NCBI GenBank assembly: GCA_018402195.1
Contig: JAGYIW010000002.1
Coordinates: 14,082 to 78,081 of the forward strand
From: Gammaproteobacteria bacterium
Lineage (GTDB): Bacteria > Pseudomonadota > Gammaproteobacteria > M30B25
DNA length: 64,000 bases
Direction: 5' to 3'
This document shows, piece by piece, positions 51,773-62,536 of this stretch; the first letter of the stretch is position 1, and each line of letters opens with the position of its first letter. The position numbers and the translations under genes are program-made. Below the pieces are notes generated by a model. It was not told the origin of the DNA, did no database searches, and worked only from the letters and a program-made list of their open reading frames with translations.

Positions 51773-52429
51773 ATGACAAAAGCCTTAATTATTGGCACAA
51801 AAGTGGGAATGACGCGAGTCTTCGGTCAAGATGGTGAATCCATCCCTGTAACCGTACTGCAAGTTCAGCCTAACCAAGTGCTTAAGCGTGAGGAGTTATC
51901 AGAGCATATAGCCCTGATTACGACTAGCTATGGCGAAGAAAAACCACTGGCGCGAATGACAAAAGCTGTGGCAGGTAAGTACCGCCACGCCAATGCTAAA
52001 GGTGCACAAGGGATGCGATCCTTTAAAGTGCCCTCAACTTCTGAGTTAAAAGTTGAAGATGCCCTAGACGTTACTGCTTTTGCTGAAGGTGACTATGTTG
52101 ATGTGGCGGGTATTTCAAAAGGTAAAGGCTTCCAGGGTGTGATTAAGCGACACGGTTTTGGTATGCAGCCAGCAACCCACGGCACGTCATTGGCCCACAG
52201 AGCCCATGGTTCTACTGGGCAGTGTCAGGATCCAGGTAAGGTTTTCAAAGGTAAGAAAATGGCTGGCCAAATGGGTAACAAACGTGTTACAACACAAAAC
52301 TTACGTGTTGTACGCACGGATGCTGAAAAGCAACTGTTGTTGATCAGGGGTGCCATTCCAGGCGCTCCTGGGACTTTTGTAGAAGTCTCTGCAGCAATAA
52401 AAAAGAAAAAAGAAGGTGGTGAACCGTGA
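51773..52429 (+). CDS. rplC: 50S ribosomal protein L3 (uL3)
   Basis: Intact 218-aa ORF, ..GTKVGMTRVF..; S10-operon order. Confidence 0.9.
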   Translation: MTKALIIGTKVGMTRVFGQDGESIPVTVLQVQPNQVLKREELSEHIALITTSYGEEKPLARMTKAVAGKYRHANAKGAQGMRSFKVPSTSELKVEDALDVTAFAEGDYVDVAGISKGKGFQGVIKRHGFGMQPATHGTSLAHRAHGSTGQCQDPGKVFKGKKMAGQMGNKRVTTQNLRVVRTDAEKQLLLIRGAIPGAPGTFVEVSAAIKKKKEGGEP

Positions 52430-53049
52430 GTGTGAAATTAGCAGTACGAAAGAGTGACGGCAAAGCAGGCACACCAGTGAACGTTTCTGAGCAGGTATTT
52501 GGTGCCAAATATAACGAGGCATTGGTGCATGAAGTGGTTACTGGTCTTATGGCCAACACTCGCTCAGATACCTCAATGCAAAAAAACCGCTCTGCAGTAA
52601 GTGGTGGTGGTATTAAGCCATGGCGTCAAAAAGGCTTAGGTCGGGCCCGTGCTGGTAGTATTCGTAGTCCGCTATGGCGTAGTGGTGGTACCACGTTTGG
52701 TGGTCAACAAGCTTCTCACCAGAAGAAAATCAACAAAAAAGCTTATCGTGCTGCGATTCGTGCTATGCTATCTGAGTTGGTACGTATTGAGCGTTTATTT
52801 GTGATTGATGATTTGTCACTTTCAGCGCCTAAGACCAAAGATCTTAAGGTTAAACTAGATAAAATGAATCTAAGAAATGCGTTAATTTTGATGGAAGAGT
52901 TTGACGAAACCTTATTCCTGGCTTCACGCAATATTCCTTATGTTGACGTGATGCTAGTAGAAGATATGTATCCTGTCAGCCTGTTGGCATATGAAAATTT
53001 GATATTGACATCTGGCGCGGTGAAGCAAATTGAGGAGTGGTTGTCATGA
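52426..53049 (+). CDS. rplD: 50S ribosomal protein L4 (uL4)
   Basis: Intact 207-aa ORF, GTG start overlapping the rplC stop; ..KPWRQKGLGRARAGSIRSPLWR.GG.. Confidence 0.9.
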   Translation: MSVKLAVRKSDGKAGTPVNVSEQVFGAKYNEALVHEVVTGLMANTRSDTSMQKNRSAVSGGGIKPWRQKGLGRARAGSIRSPLWRSGGTTFGGQQASHQKKINKKAYRAAIRAMLSELVRIERLFVIDDLSLSAPKTKDLKVKLDKMNLRNALILMEEFDETLFLASRNIPYVDVMLVEDMYPVSLLAYENLILTSGAVKQIEEWLS

Positions 53050-53345
53050 ATGAGAGAGATATAAGTGTGTTGATCGAGCCTCGCCTTTCTGAGAAGGCTA
53101 GTAATCTTTCAGAAAATTTCGGTCAATACACATTTAAAGTCCTGAAAACTTCAGGAAAGTTGGCCATCAAACAAGCTGTTGAAGCGATGTTTGAAGTAAA
53201 TGTGGCATCTGTACGTACCGTTAGCTGTGTGGGTAAAACCAAGCGTTCTGGTAAACGTATGGGGCGCACAAAAGCTTGGAAAAAAGCATATGTCAAGCTA
53301 CAAAAAGGCCAAAAAATTGATATGGCGTCTCAAGAAGTCGCGTAG
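53046..53345 (+). CDS. rplW: 50S ribosomal protein L23 (uL23)
   Basis: ATG 53046 overlaps the rplD stop (ATGA), GAGGAG upstream; ..[11 protein letters not shown].. (ORF track start 53037). Confidence 0.9.
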   Translation: MNERDISVLIEPRLSEKASNLSENFGQYTFKVLKTSGKLAIKQAVEAMFEVNVASVRTVSCVGKTKRSGKRMGRTKAWKKAYVKLQKGQKIDMASQEVA

Positions 53346-53359
53346 GGGAAGAGTTTAAA

Positions 53360-54232
53360 ATGGCAGCAAGAATAAAACGATATAGGCCAATTACACCAGG
53401 CCAACGTCACAAAGAGACAGTGAATCATAAGCCTGTGGTTCACAGTGGAGGTCCTGTTAAAGCCTTGACCAAAGGCAAAAAGCAGTCTGCAGGCCGTAAT
53501 ACACACGGTTGCATCACAGTACGTGGTCGTGGTGGCGGTACCAAAAAGAAGATTCGTACGGTCGATTTTAAGCGTCATGATAAATTTGGTATACCTGCTA
53601 AAGTTGAGCGTTTAGAATACGATCCTAATCGTAGTGCCTATCTTGCTTTGTTATTATACGCAGACGGTGAGCGTCGTTACATCATTGCTGCTAAGGGTAT
53701 GGAGCCAGGAATGCAAGTGCATGCTGGCCCTGATGCACCTATTCAACCAGGTAACTGTTTGCCTTTGTCAAACATTCCTCAAGGTACCGTGATTCATGGT
53801 ATTGAGTTGAAGCTTGGTAAAGGGGCTCAGTTGATAAGATCCGCAGGAACTTCAGCCCAATTAGTAGCCAAGGGTGATTCCGATGATGCAGGTGATTATG
53901 TGATTGTCAGGCTGGGTTCAAAAGAATACCGAAAAGTGTTGGCCAAATGCTGTGCAAGCATTGGTGAAGTATCAAATTCAGATCATGGCTTGCGTAAGCT
54001 GGGTAAGGCTGGTGCCAATCGCTGGAGGGGACGTCGTCCTAAAGTCCGTGGTGTGGCCATGAATCCTGTCGATCACCCACATGGTGGTGGTGAAGGTAAG
54101 TCTTCTGGTGGGCGTCATCCTGTGAGTCCAACAGGTGTACCTGCCAAAGGATTTAAAACACGGGCGAAAAGTCATCGAACTGACAAGATGATCGTCCGCT
54201 CGAGAAGAAAGAATCAGAAGAGGAGTGACTAG
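53360..54232 (+). CDS. rplB: 50S ribosomal protein L2 (uL2)
   Basis: Intact 290-aa ORF, ..[12 protein letters not shown].., ..[17 protein letters not shown].. Confidence 0.95.
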   Translation: MAARIKRYRPITPGQRHKETVNHKPVVHSGGPVKALTKGKKQSAGRNTHGCITVRGRGGGTKKKIRTVDFKRHDKFGIPAKVERLEYDPNRSAYLALLLYADGERRYIIAAKGMEPGMQVHAGPDAPIQPGNCLPLSNIPQGTVIHGIELKLGKGAQLIRSAGTSAQLVAKGDSDDAGDYVIVRLGSKEYRKVLAKCCASIGEVSNSDHGLRKLGKAGANRWRGRRPKVRGVAMNPVDHPHGGGEGKSSGGRHPVSPTGVPAKGFKTRAKSHRTDKMIVRSRRKNQKRSD

Positions 54233-54513
54233 TGGCACGTTCAGCTAAAAAATGCTATTTCATTGACGCTTCACTGCACGAAAAGGTGCTTAGAGCGCAA
54301 AAAGAAAAGTCTAGAAAACCCATCAAAACGCACTCCAGGCGTTCAACCGTGATTCCGGCCATGGTCGGTTTGGTGATGGCTGTACATAATGGCCGTGCAC
54401 ATGTGCCTGTACTGGTTGTAGAAAGCATGGTTGGTGAGAAATTGGGTGTGTTTGCTCCAACTAGGACGTTTCATGGGCATGCTGGTAACAAGAAAGCCGA
54501 CAAGAAGAAATAA
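54232..54513 (+). CDS. rpsS: 30S ribosomal protein S19 (uS19)
   Basis: Intact 93-aa GTG ORF; ..[24 protein letters not shown].. Confidence 0.9.
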   Translation: MARSAKKCYFIDASLHEKVLRAQKEKSRKPIKTHSRRSTVIPAMVGLVMAVHNGRAHVPVLVVESMVGEKLGVFAPTRTFHGHAGNKKADKKK

Positions 54514-54525
54514 GTGAGGTGACAA

Positions 54526-54858
54526 GTGGAAGTTAAAGCAGTATTGAAGAACGCTGGCATGTCTGCTCAAAAAGCAGGGTTGGTAGCGGATCAAATAAGA
54601 GGGCTTCCTGTGGGGAAGGCGCTAGAATTGCTACATTTTAGCCGTAAAGAGGCCGCTCAAATGATGAAGAAGGTTCTTGATTCAGCCATTGCCAATGCAG
54701 AGCACAATCATGGTGCTGATGTAGATGAGCTGAAGGTTTCTACTGTGTATGTGGACAAAGGCATGATGTTAAAGCGCATGCGTGCTAGAGCCCGAGGTCG
54801 TGGCAACCGCATATTAAAGCGATTTTGTCATATTACAGTAAAAGTATCTGATAGTTAA
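54526..54858 (+). CDS. rplV: 50S ribosomal protein L22 (uL22)
   Basis: Intact 110-aa GTG ORF; ..[22 protein letters not shown].. Confidence 0.9.
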   Translation: MEVKAVLKNAGMSAQKAGLVADQIRGLPVGKALELLHFSRKEAAQMMKKVLDSAIANAEHNHGADVDELKVSTVYVDKGMMLKRMRARARGRGNRILKRFCHITVKVSDS

Positions 54859-54876
54859 CGAATAAGAGAAGTAGTT

Positions 54877-55539
54877 ATGGGGCAAAAAGTAAATCCTAAT
54901 GGAATGCGTCTTGGCATTGTCAGAGACTGGGATGCGAATTGGTTTGAACAAAAGCATTATGCTAAATATTTGGCAGAAGACATTCGCGTTCGTCAGTATA
55001 TTGAGAGCAATTTCACCAATGCAGCGGTAGCACGTATCCTGATTGAGCGTCAAGCAACTAAACCAATCGTCACCGTTTTTTGTGGCCGTCCTGGTGTTTT
55101 GCTCGGGCGCAAAGGCACCGGCCGTGATGAGATTGTTGCTAAGCTTAGCAGCATGCTGGGTGTTAAGGTGCGAGTTCAGATTGAGGAAGTGAAGCGTATT
55201 GATTTAGATGCGACTTTGTTGGCAGCAAATATTGCTCAACAACTGGAGCGGCGTGTCATGTTTCGTCGGGCCATGAAGCGTGCGGTCCAAACAGCTATGC
55301 GAGCTGGTGCTTTGGGTGTTAAGGTTGCAGTAGCTGGTCGTTTGGGCGGTGCTGAGATTGCGCGTACAGAATGGTATCGTGAAGGGCGTGTTCCTTTGCA
55401 TACTTTCCGTGCTGATATTGATTATGCCACTGCCAGAGCATCAACTACTTATGGTGTGATTGGTGTCAAGGTTTGGATCTTCAAAGGTGAAGTTCTGGGT
55501 GATAAAGACTCAGGCAGCATGAAAGATAGAGAACAGTAA
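54877..55539 (+). CDS. rpsC: 30S ribosomal protein S3 (uS3)
   Basis: Intact 220-aa [17 protein letters not shown].. Confidence 0.95.
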   Translation: MGQKVNPNGMRLGIVRDWDANWFEQKHYAKYLAEDIRVRQYIESNFTNAAVARILIERQATKPIVTVFCGRPGVLLGRKGTGRDEIVAKLSSMLGVKVRVQIEEVKRIDLDATLLAANIAQQLERRVMFRRAMKRAVQTAMRAGALGVKVAVAGRLGGAEIARTEWYREGRVPLHTFRADIDYATARASTTYGVIGVKVWIFKGEVLGDKDSGSMKDREQ

Positions 55540-55563
55540 ACAGGTTAAAGAGGGGCTTTAAAG

Positions 55564-55977
55564 ATGTTATTGCCAAATAGAACAAAATACCGAAAGCAGC
55601 ATAAAAATGTGAAACACGGCATGGCCCACAGAGGAAACCGAGTTTCTTTTGGTGATTTTGGTATAAAAGCAACTGGGAAGGGTAGAATGACTAGCCGGCA
55701 AATCGAAGCAGCTAGACGGGCTATCACACGTTGCTTGCAACGTGCAGGCAAAGTGTGGATTCGCGTTTTCCCAGACAAACCAATCACCCAAAAACCCTTG
55801 GAAGTTCGCCAAGGCAAAGGTAAAGGTAATGTTGAGTACTGGGTGGTTGTTGTACGCCCGGGCATGGTGTTATTCGAAATTGGCGGCGTTTCTGAAGAGT
55901 TGGCTCGTGAAGCGTTCAGGCTGGCTGCTTCCAAGCTGCCGTTTTTGGTTACATTTGTTGAGAGGACTACCTTATGA
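55564..55977 (+). CDS. rplP: 50S ribosomal protein L16 (uL16)
   Basis: Intact 137-aa [17 protein letters not shown].. Confidence 0.95.
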   Translation: MLLPNRTKYRKQHKNVKHGMAHRGNRVSFGDFGIKATGKGRMTSRQIEAARRAITRCLQRAGKVWIRVFPDKPITQKPLEVRQGKGKGNVEYWVVVVRPGMVLFEIGGVSEELAREAFRLAASKLPFLVTFVERTTL

Positions 55978-56174
55978 CAGATTTAAAAGCCTTGCGTGAG
56001 ATGTCCTTAGAGGCGCTCAAACAACGTTCAACTGAGCTCGTAAAAGACAGAGTTAAGCTTCGTTTCAAGCGTTGCGTCGGGGAAATGAGTCAAACGCACC
56101 AATTTGCAGCATTACGCAAAGAGCGTGCACGTATTGAAACTATCATCCGTGAAAGAGGTCAAACAGATGAGTGA
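55974..56174 (+). CDS. rpmC: 50S ribosomal protein L29 (uL29)
   Basis: Intact 66-aa ORF overlapping the rplP stop. Confidence 0.85.
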   Translation: MTDLKALREMSLEALKQRSTELVKDRVKLRFKRCVGEMSQTHQFAALRKERARIETIIRERGQTDE

Positions 56175-56430
56175 TGAAAATAAAACACCACGCCAGCTTA
56201 TTGGCACGGTAATAAGTACGGCCATGGATAAAAGTATTGTTGTATATATAGAACGACGTGTACGTCATCCTTTATACGGCAAGTACATGAAACGTTCTAC
56301 AAAACTTATCGTTCATGACCCTGAGGGTGTGGCTGGTAAAGGAGATAAAGTCCGGATTGAGCTCGTGAAACCTATTTCTAAGCGCAAATCTTGGGTCTTG
56401 GCTGAAATTCTAGAAAAGAATGCAGCCTAA
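56167..56430 (+). CDS. rpsQ: 30S ribosomal protein S17 (uS17)
   Basis: ATG 56167 overlaps the rpmC 3' end; [34 protein letters not shown].. (ORF track start 56104). Confidence 0.9.
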   Translation: MSDENKTPRQLIGTVISTAMDKSIVVYIERRVRHPLYGKYMKRSTKLIVHDPEGVAGKGDKVRIELVKPISKRKSWVLAEILEKNAA

Positions 56431-56488
56431 TTGTTTTATTTTTTTGTGAATTGATGGCATAATAGATGGCCATTATTTGGAGATAACA

Positions 56489-56854
56489 ATGATTCAAATG
56501 CAGTCGCTGCTAGAAGTTGCGGATAACAGTGGTGCGAGAAAAGTAATGTGCATCAAAGTTCTTGGTGGCTCTAAGCGGCGTTACGCCAACATTGGCGATG
56601 TGATAAAAGTCAGTGTCAGGGGTGCAAGTTCTACTGGACGTGTGAAAGCAGGTGATGTCATGACCGCTGTGGTTGTGCGTACGAAGAAAGGCGTTCGTCG
56701 TTCTGATGGATCACTGATCCGTTTTGATGAAAACGCTGCGGTGCTAATCAATGCGCAAAACCAACCGATTGGTACGCGCATTTTTGGCCCTGTAACTCGT
56801 GAGTTGCGTGCCACATTTATGCGTATTATCTCATTGGCTGAAGAAGTATTGTAA
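56489..56854 (+). CDS. rplN: 50S ribosomal protein L14 (uL14)
   Basis: [18 protein letters not shown]..; GGAG 7 nt upstream (ORF track start 56477). Confidence 0.95.
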   Translation: MIQMQSLLEVADNSGARKVMCIKVLGGSKRRYANIGDVIKVSVRGASSTGRVKAGDVMTAVVVRTKKGVRRSDGSLIRFDENAAVLINAQNQPIGTRIFGPVTRELRATFMRIISLAEEVL

Positions 56855-56867
56855 GGGTTGAGAAAAC

Positions 56868-57224
56868 ATGGCGATGCAAAAAGTAAAAGTGGGCGACGAA
56901 GTCATTGTCCGTACCGGTGCCGATAAAGGCAAGCGTGGTACTGTGTCTAAAGTTTTCGTCAAAATGAAAAATAGAAAATCTCGATTGATGGTTCTGGTTG
57001 AAGGTTTAAAGCTTATCCGTAAGCATGTGAAGCCTAACCCACAAGCAGGGCAGCAAGGCGGTATTGTTGAGAAAGAGGCGCCTATGGATGCTTCCAACGT
57101 AGCTTTGTACAATCCAGGTGACAAAAAGGCTAGCCGTGTTGGCATCAAGATGCTGAAAGACGGTAAGAAAGTTCGTTATTATAAGTCTAACGGCGAAGTC
57201 GTTGATGGTGGAGAAGATAAGTAA
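56868..57224 (+). CDS. rplX: 50S ribosomal protein L24 (uL24)
   Basis: Intact 118-aa ORF, ..[22 protein letters not shown].. Confidence 0.9.
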   Translation: MAMQKVKVGDEVIVRTGADKGKRGTVSKVFVKMKNRKSRLMVLVEGLKLIRKHVKPNPQAGQQGGIVEKEAPMDASNVALYNPGDKKASRVGIKMLKDGKKVRYYKSNGEVVDGGEDK

Positions 57225-57769
57225 TGGCAACGTTAGCAGTACAGTACAAAAAAAAGATCGTCCCTGAGTTACAGAAGGCTTTTGGTTTTTCCAGCGTGAT
57301 GCGCGTGCCAAAACTTGAAAAAATTGTGCTCAATATGGGGGTTGGTGAAGCCATTAATGATAAAAAACATATTATTAATGCGGTTCATGATTTGGGTTTG
57401 TTGGCAGGCCAGAAGCCAGTGGTGACTTTGGCTCGCAAATCTGTGGCGGGCTTTAAAGTTCGCGAAGGTTGGCCTCTTGGATGTAAGTAACTGCGCGGTG
57501 AACGCATGTATGAGTTTCTTGACGTTTGGTAGTTATTGCTATTCCTCGTATCCGTGACTGGAGGTTTTAGCCCCAAAGAGTTTGACGGTGATTTCAACTA
57601 CAATTTCCCATTACATTAAAAGAACAAATCGTTTCCTAGGTTGGATTATGATAAAAGTTGATTCAAGTTCGTGGGTTAAACATCACATTTGTAACTACGA
57701 AGACCCATGAAGAGGGCGTGGCTTTGTTAAAAGCTTTGGGTTTTCCTTTGAAGAGAAAAGAAGGCATAG
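57224..57769 (+). pseudogene. rplE: 50S ribosomal protein L5 (uL5): first 88 codons intact, remainder frameshifted
   Basis: ORF stops at 57490 (..REGWPLGCK*); ..LRGERMYEFLD.., ..IPRIRD.., ..FDG.. and ..GLNITFVTT..EEGVALLKALGFP.. continue in other frames. Confidence 0.85.
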
Positions 57770-57772
57770 GGT

Positions 57773-58078
57773 ATGGCAAAGGAAATGTATGGTAGCGCGC
57801 GAGCGTAAGCGCGTAGAAAGCAGCCAAAAGTGGTGCTGAGTGCAGAGACAAGCTAAAGGCGTTAATAAAAGACGTTAGCGCTGATTTTGACACCAAGCTC
57901 AAAGCTATCTTAGATTTAAGTCGTCGCAAACGTGATGAAAGTGAAGTGTCGTCTGCGGCATCGTTGTATGTGCTGCGGACGTCCTCATGCAGTTTATCGT
58001 AAATTTAGACTTTGCCGTATGTGTTTACGTCAGGCGGTGATGAGGTTGGTTGCCTGGGGTTGCAAGTCTAGCTAGTAA
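57773..58078 (+). pseudogene. rpsN: 30S ribosomal protein S14 (uS14), frameshifted
   Basis: ATGGCAAAGGAAA..; fragments ..REKRVE.., ..[21 protein letters not shown]..; span 306 bp, the size of an intact rpsN. Confidence 0.7.
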
Positions 58079-58107
58079 GAATAATAAAGAATTGAGGGTA
58101 ACAGACT

Positions 58108-58516
58108 ATGAGTATGCAAGATCAATTTCTGATGCATTGACACGGATTCTGCTTGCCGCCACGCTGTCGGGCACAAATCCGTGAGCATGCATACATCAAA
58201 ATTGCCGCAATATATTGAAAGTAATGCAAGACCAGAAGGCTACATCCGAGACTTTGCTGTACAACTGGTAGAGAGGACTCAGCTACGAAAGATATTGTGG
58301 TGCGTTTGTTTTGATGGTGCACCAGTTATTGAGCACTTCAAAAACATTTGAGTACCTGGTCGTAAGCAGCTACGTCAGGGTGTCTGATTTGCCCAAAGAA
58401 AAAGAAGGTTTGGGTATTGTAATCATGACAACATCGCAAGGTGTAATGACAACTCACCCAGGCTGAAAAGCTTGGACTGGGTGGTGAATTATTGGTGGCT
58501 ATTTACCAACAGTTAA
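58108..58516 (+). pseudogene. rpsH: 30S ribosomal protein S8 (uS8), frameshifted
   Basis: MSMQD.ISDALTRI.. then shifts; ..GLGIVIMTTSQGVMT.. recognisable. Confidence 0.7.
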
Positions 58517-58560
58517 GGTTTAACTATGACACTTAGTACAAAAAGACAATTTGATCTAGC

Positions 58561-59122
58561 ATTTCTAGGGTTGCCAAGCAACCTATCATGATACCTCCAG
58601 GGTAACTGTGGCTGTTGACGGGCAAAATGTAAATTGTCAAAGGACCTAAAGGCAGGGTGACCAGTAGAATTGCATGCCTCAGTCGAAGTCATGCTGCGCA
58701 GTTAGTGGAGAAAAGGTGGTGAGGGACAGTTTGCCCAGTGGTCTAATGTTGCTTACCTACCTCCTCAGTGGCGGATAGTAACATGCGTACCGGTACTGCT
58801 AGAGCACTTGCAACAACTTGGTGACAGGTGTATATAAGGTTTTGAGAAGAGAATTAGTTATGATTGGTGTTGGTTATCATTGCATAAATACCAAGGTAAT
58901 AAACTGGTGTTTACGCCCAGGTAAATCATCCAGATGATTTGTTTTACCAGAAGGTATTTCTGCTGAGTTACCAAGCCAAGCTGAAGTTATTCTCAAGGGT
59001 ATCGACAAACAAGCTGTGGGGCAGGCGCTAAAATCAGAATTTTAGACCACCATTCTGCAAAAATTAAAGAGCACGCTATACCCGATGAACATATAAGATG
59101 GAAAGAAGAGGCTAAGAAGTAA
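58561..59122 (+). pseudogene. rplF: 50S ribosomal protein L6 (uL6), frameshifted, start codon altered
   Basis: ..SRVAKQPI.IPPG.TVAVDGQNV.IVKGPKG.. in shifting frames; ends ..EAKK*. Confidence 0.65.
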
Positions 59123-59477
59123 TGTCAGATAAATTAAAACGACAGAAGAGAGCGCTAAAAACACATTACCAATATTGTAAGGCTCAAGAAGATTAATTGT
59201 CAGTTACAAAAGCAGCCAGCATATTGAGGCGCAGTTGATCGATCCTCAAGGGAAGGTATTGGTATATTTTCCACAAAGAGGTGAAACTTTCAAAAACTTG
59301 GCTTGGCTCTTGGAAGCAATATTCAAGCAGCCTCTAGAAGAAACTGGGGACGTGGTCGCCGATGCAGGATGCAAGCTTGGTTTTTGAAAAGTGGCTTTTG
59401 ATCGTTCTGGATTTCGATTCCACGGACGCATCAAAGCGTTGGCTGATGCTGCGTGAAGGCGGTTTAATTTTGCTTAA
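59122..59477 (+). pseudogene. rplR: 50S ribosomal protein L18 (uL18), frameshifted
   Basis: ATGTCAGATAAATTAAAACGACAGAAGAGAGCG.. (MSDKLKRQKRA..), ..FDRSGFRFHGRIKALADAA.EGGL.F in other frames. Confidence 0.65.
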
Positions 59478-59486
59478 AGGGTGAGC

Positions 59487-59999
59487 ATGGCTGTTCCAGC
59501 AGAAAAACAGCTGGATACCGATGGTATTCTAGAAAGTTAGTGACAGTGCGCCATTGCTGCTCACGTGGCCGAGGCGGACGTGTGTTTGGCTCCGCCTGGT
59601 AGTGGTGGGTGATGGTGAAGGCGCGTCGGCTTTGGTTTTTGCCAAAGCTTCAGAAGTGCCTGTTGCCATTAAGAAGGCCATGCAAAGTGCTAGGCGTAAC
59701 ATGGTGTTGATTCCTTTTTAAATGGAACAACGCTGTATCACCATTAACAGATTTTGCGCTACAGTGCAATGATTCAATGACACTGCTAAGCAGGTACCGG
59801 TGGCATGATTGCCAGAGCAACGCAATGCGTGCCTGTATTCGAAGTCTTAGGTGTTGAAAACGTGTTGTAAAATCTCTTGGGATTTCGACTACCCAATTAA
59901 TGTCGTTAGAGCAACCATTAAAGGTCTGAAGTCCATGACTGCGCCTGACGTTGCATAAACAGGAAAAAATCTCTAAGAAGCAATAGAAGAAGTTATACG
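59487..59999 (+). pseudogene. rpsE: 30S ribosomal protein S5 (uS5), frameshifted
   Basis: Fragments ..RGGRVF.F.A.VVVGDGEG.VGFG..KA.EVPVAIKKAMQSARRNMV.. in shifting frames. Confidence 0.65.
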
Positions 60000-60185
60000 A
60001 TGGCAAAGACGGTTAAAGTGACGTTGAGTAAAGTAAGTTTGGTCATAAGAAACCTGGACACAGAGAAACGTGTAGAAGGTCTTGGTTTGTCGTATACATC
60101 AGAGCAGTTGATGTACTGGATACATGAAAATCAAAGGGCATGATAAATAAAGTTATCTACATACTTAAAGTTGAAGAAGAGCTAA
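60000..60185 (+). pseudogene. rpmD: 50S ribosomal protein L30 (uL30), frameshifted
   Basis: MAKTVKVTL.. then shifts; ..LLKVEE.. at the end. Confidence 0.6.
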
Positions 60186-60188
60186 ACC

Positions 60189-60622
60189 ATGAGTATGCGA
60201 CTAAATACCTCAAGCCTGCAGAAGGCGCAAAGTAAAAGAAAGCAAATTATTGGACGTAGGATCAGTAGTGGTTCTGGTAAGACATGTAAGCGCGGTCATA
60301 AAGGTCAGCGTTCTAGACGTGTTGCACCACATGCATTTATCGGCTTTGGTGGTCAAACGCCATTGCAGAGACGATCTACCTAAATCTGGCTTTAATTCGC
60401 GTAAGCAAAGAACGCTGTGTCATGCTTTGTCTGAATTTGGCTAAGGTAGAAGGCGATATTGCTGACATGGATGATGTTGTGGCGGGTTGGTTCAAACCTT
60501 ACCAAACAATGAAGATAATGTTTAATCAAGGTGAAATTTCACATTAACTGATAGTTAAAGGCACCGATTCGTTTGACCAAAGTGCCAAGAAAGCTGTTGA
60601 AAAAGTAGGTGATAGAAAGTAA
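60189..60622 (+). pseudogene. rplO: 50S ribosomal protein L15 (uL15), frameshifted
   Basis: (MS)MRLNT.....[28 protein letters not shown].. then stop at 60383; the rest is in other frames. Confidence 0.7.
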
Positions 60623-60627
60623 GCAGG

Positions 60628-61897
60628 ATGCGAGGTTGAAGAGAAGCATAAAACTGCATGATTCAACAAGGGTCATCCCAGGTGCTTTCGCAGAGCTAAA
60701 AGAGCCGTTTGCTCTTTTGCTGGCATCTTGATATTTCCTTTAGGGTGCATCCCGTGCCAAGATGATGATGTGCACTGGCAAAACTTTTTGGTGATGGTAG
60801 TCGCTCCCTTGCAGGTCACCAATATGTTTTCAAACGGAACCTTTAAACCTTGTGCAGTTTTTGCTGGGCATAATACCTTATATTTCCCAGCTCATGTTAT
60901 ACAACTGATGTCTGTCACAGTGCACCAGAGATTGGAGCTGCATGAAGAGGAAGGTGATGCAGGAAGGCAATAAAATTACTCAATAATACTCTCAGTACAG
61001 CACATAAGTATTAACAGTTTCAGGCATGGTTTATGAAGTATCTGATAGCAGCACAGGTATTTGTCATTAATCCTGAGTATGGTTTCTTCTGTCCACCACT
61101 CAACCTTCGTTTGTTCTCTTTTGGTAGTTGGGCAGACAAATGACTGAAAGAGGCATTATTAACAGGGTATCTTTAATTATATATAGTATTGACCCTCAAC
61201 TTTCCTGAGGCTATTTCAAGTTTTCTCAGTGCAGGCAGCTTGGTCCTATTTCCTAATTGTCTTGGAATTGCTTTGGTTTTGCTGCAGTAACATATTTTGT
61301 AGTTTATATGGAGCGGGCTGGCAATCATTCCTGTGCACTACGCTAAGCGTCAGCAGGAGCCATAAGCTTTATGCAGCACAAAATAGCCTTTTACTTAAAA
61401 ATCAATATGTCTGGTGTGATTCCTCCCATGCTTTGCTTCAAGTATTATTTTGTTTCCTCAGACTATTTCTAGCTGGTTTGGCCAAAGTGGGGTTGGAATT
61501 GGTTCGTACCTTAAACATACAGTTAGGCCATGGTCAGCCTTTGTATATGATTTTATTTGTATCTGCGTTGGCTTTTCTACCTTTTTCACAGCGTTGGTGT
61601 TTAATTTCAGACTGCTCAAAATCTAAAGAAGTCTGGGACTTTATACCCAGTATACGTCTAGCGAGCAGACGGCAGCATATCGTAAGGTATTATTTGTTGA
61701 CTCTGGTTGGCGCATGTTACTTATCTGCAGTGGCTTTGCTACCAGAGTTTCTAATCATAGGCTGGCACGTGCCATTCTATTTTTTTTAATTGGTACCTCT
61801 TTGTTAATTGCTGGTGGTTGTGTTGATGGATTTGATAGCGCAAATACAAGCGTTACTGCTGTCTGATCAATACGGATCACTGATGAAAGGCTTCTAA
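60628..61897 (+). pseudogene. secY: preprotein translocase subunit SecY, many frameshifts
   Basis: ..FAELK..L.LLAGILIF..G..IPVP.., ..NMFSNG.., ..GQPLYMILFVSALAF.. and ..LLPEFLI... in all three frames; the longest fragment is ORF 61229-61789. Confidence 0.75.
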
Positions 61898-61953
61898 ATT
61901 TGGAAGCCAGGTGCCAATTTGTTAGGTTAAATTAAGCGTAAGGAGTAAGGCAA

Positions 61954-62068
61954 ATGAAAGTAGGTGCGTCAGTGAAGCGCCGGTTGCAAAGATTGTCCAG
62001 ATTTATCAAACGCAAAGGCCGTGTTATAGTTATTTGGCGATACCTACTTCCTGCAGCGCCAAGGTTGA
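61954..62068 (+). pseudogene. rpmJ: 50S ribosomal protein L36 (bL36), frameshifted
   Basis: ATGAAAGTAGGTGCGTCAGTGAAGCGC.. (MKV.ASVKR), AAGGAG SD; ends ..RQG*; span 115 bp, not a multiple of 3. Confidence 0.6.
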
Positions 62069-62178
62069 TACGTTGATTAAAGCGGCAATTTGGCAAGTAA
62101 AAGATTGATTTTTGCCCAGAGCGTTAAAATGTCGCGCTCTGGTTTAAATCAAGATCACAAGAGTTAGGAGAATATTGA

Positions 62179-62536
62179 GTGCCACGTATTTTGGCTGTTA
62201 ACGTTCCGGGTGAGAAGCACATTGTTATCGGGCTTACTCATATTTATAGCATTAGCCTTCCTAGAGCCAAGGCCTTTGTAAGCAATTAGGCATCAATCCA
62301 CGAAACTAGGGTGATGACTTGACGAAATCAGATTGAATATAGCATTCGCGAGCTGTTAAAGTCTTACACGCTGAAGGTGATTTAAAGCGTGAAGTGATGA
62401 TGTACATCAAGCGATTGATGGAAATTTAAATACACACCGCGGACGTAGACACCGTTCTGGTTTGCCACTACGGGGCAAAGGGCAAACAATGCGAACTCGC
62501 AAAGGTAAGAAAAGCAAGCTCAATAACGAGCGATAG
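62179..62536 (+). pseudogene. rpsM: 30S ribosomal protein S13 (uS13), frameshifted
   Basis: GTGCCACGTATTTTGGCTGTTAACGTTCCG.. (MPRI.AVNVP.EKHIVIGLTHIY.I..); ..EGDLKREVMMYIKRLM.. and ..RGKGQTMRTRKG.. in other frames; span 358 bp. Confidence 0.7.

Noticed and set aside
61229-61789. 186-aa ORF that could be taken for a novel membrane protein
   Set aside because: It lies within the secY locus and partly reads true SecY segments (..GQPLYMILFVSALAF.., ..LLPEFLI..) joined to out-of-frame stretches. It is a fragment of scrambled secY, not a new gene.
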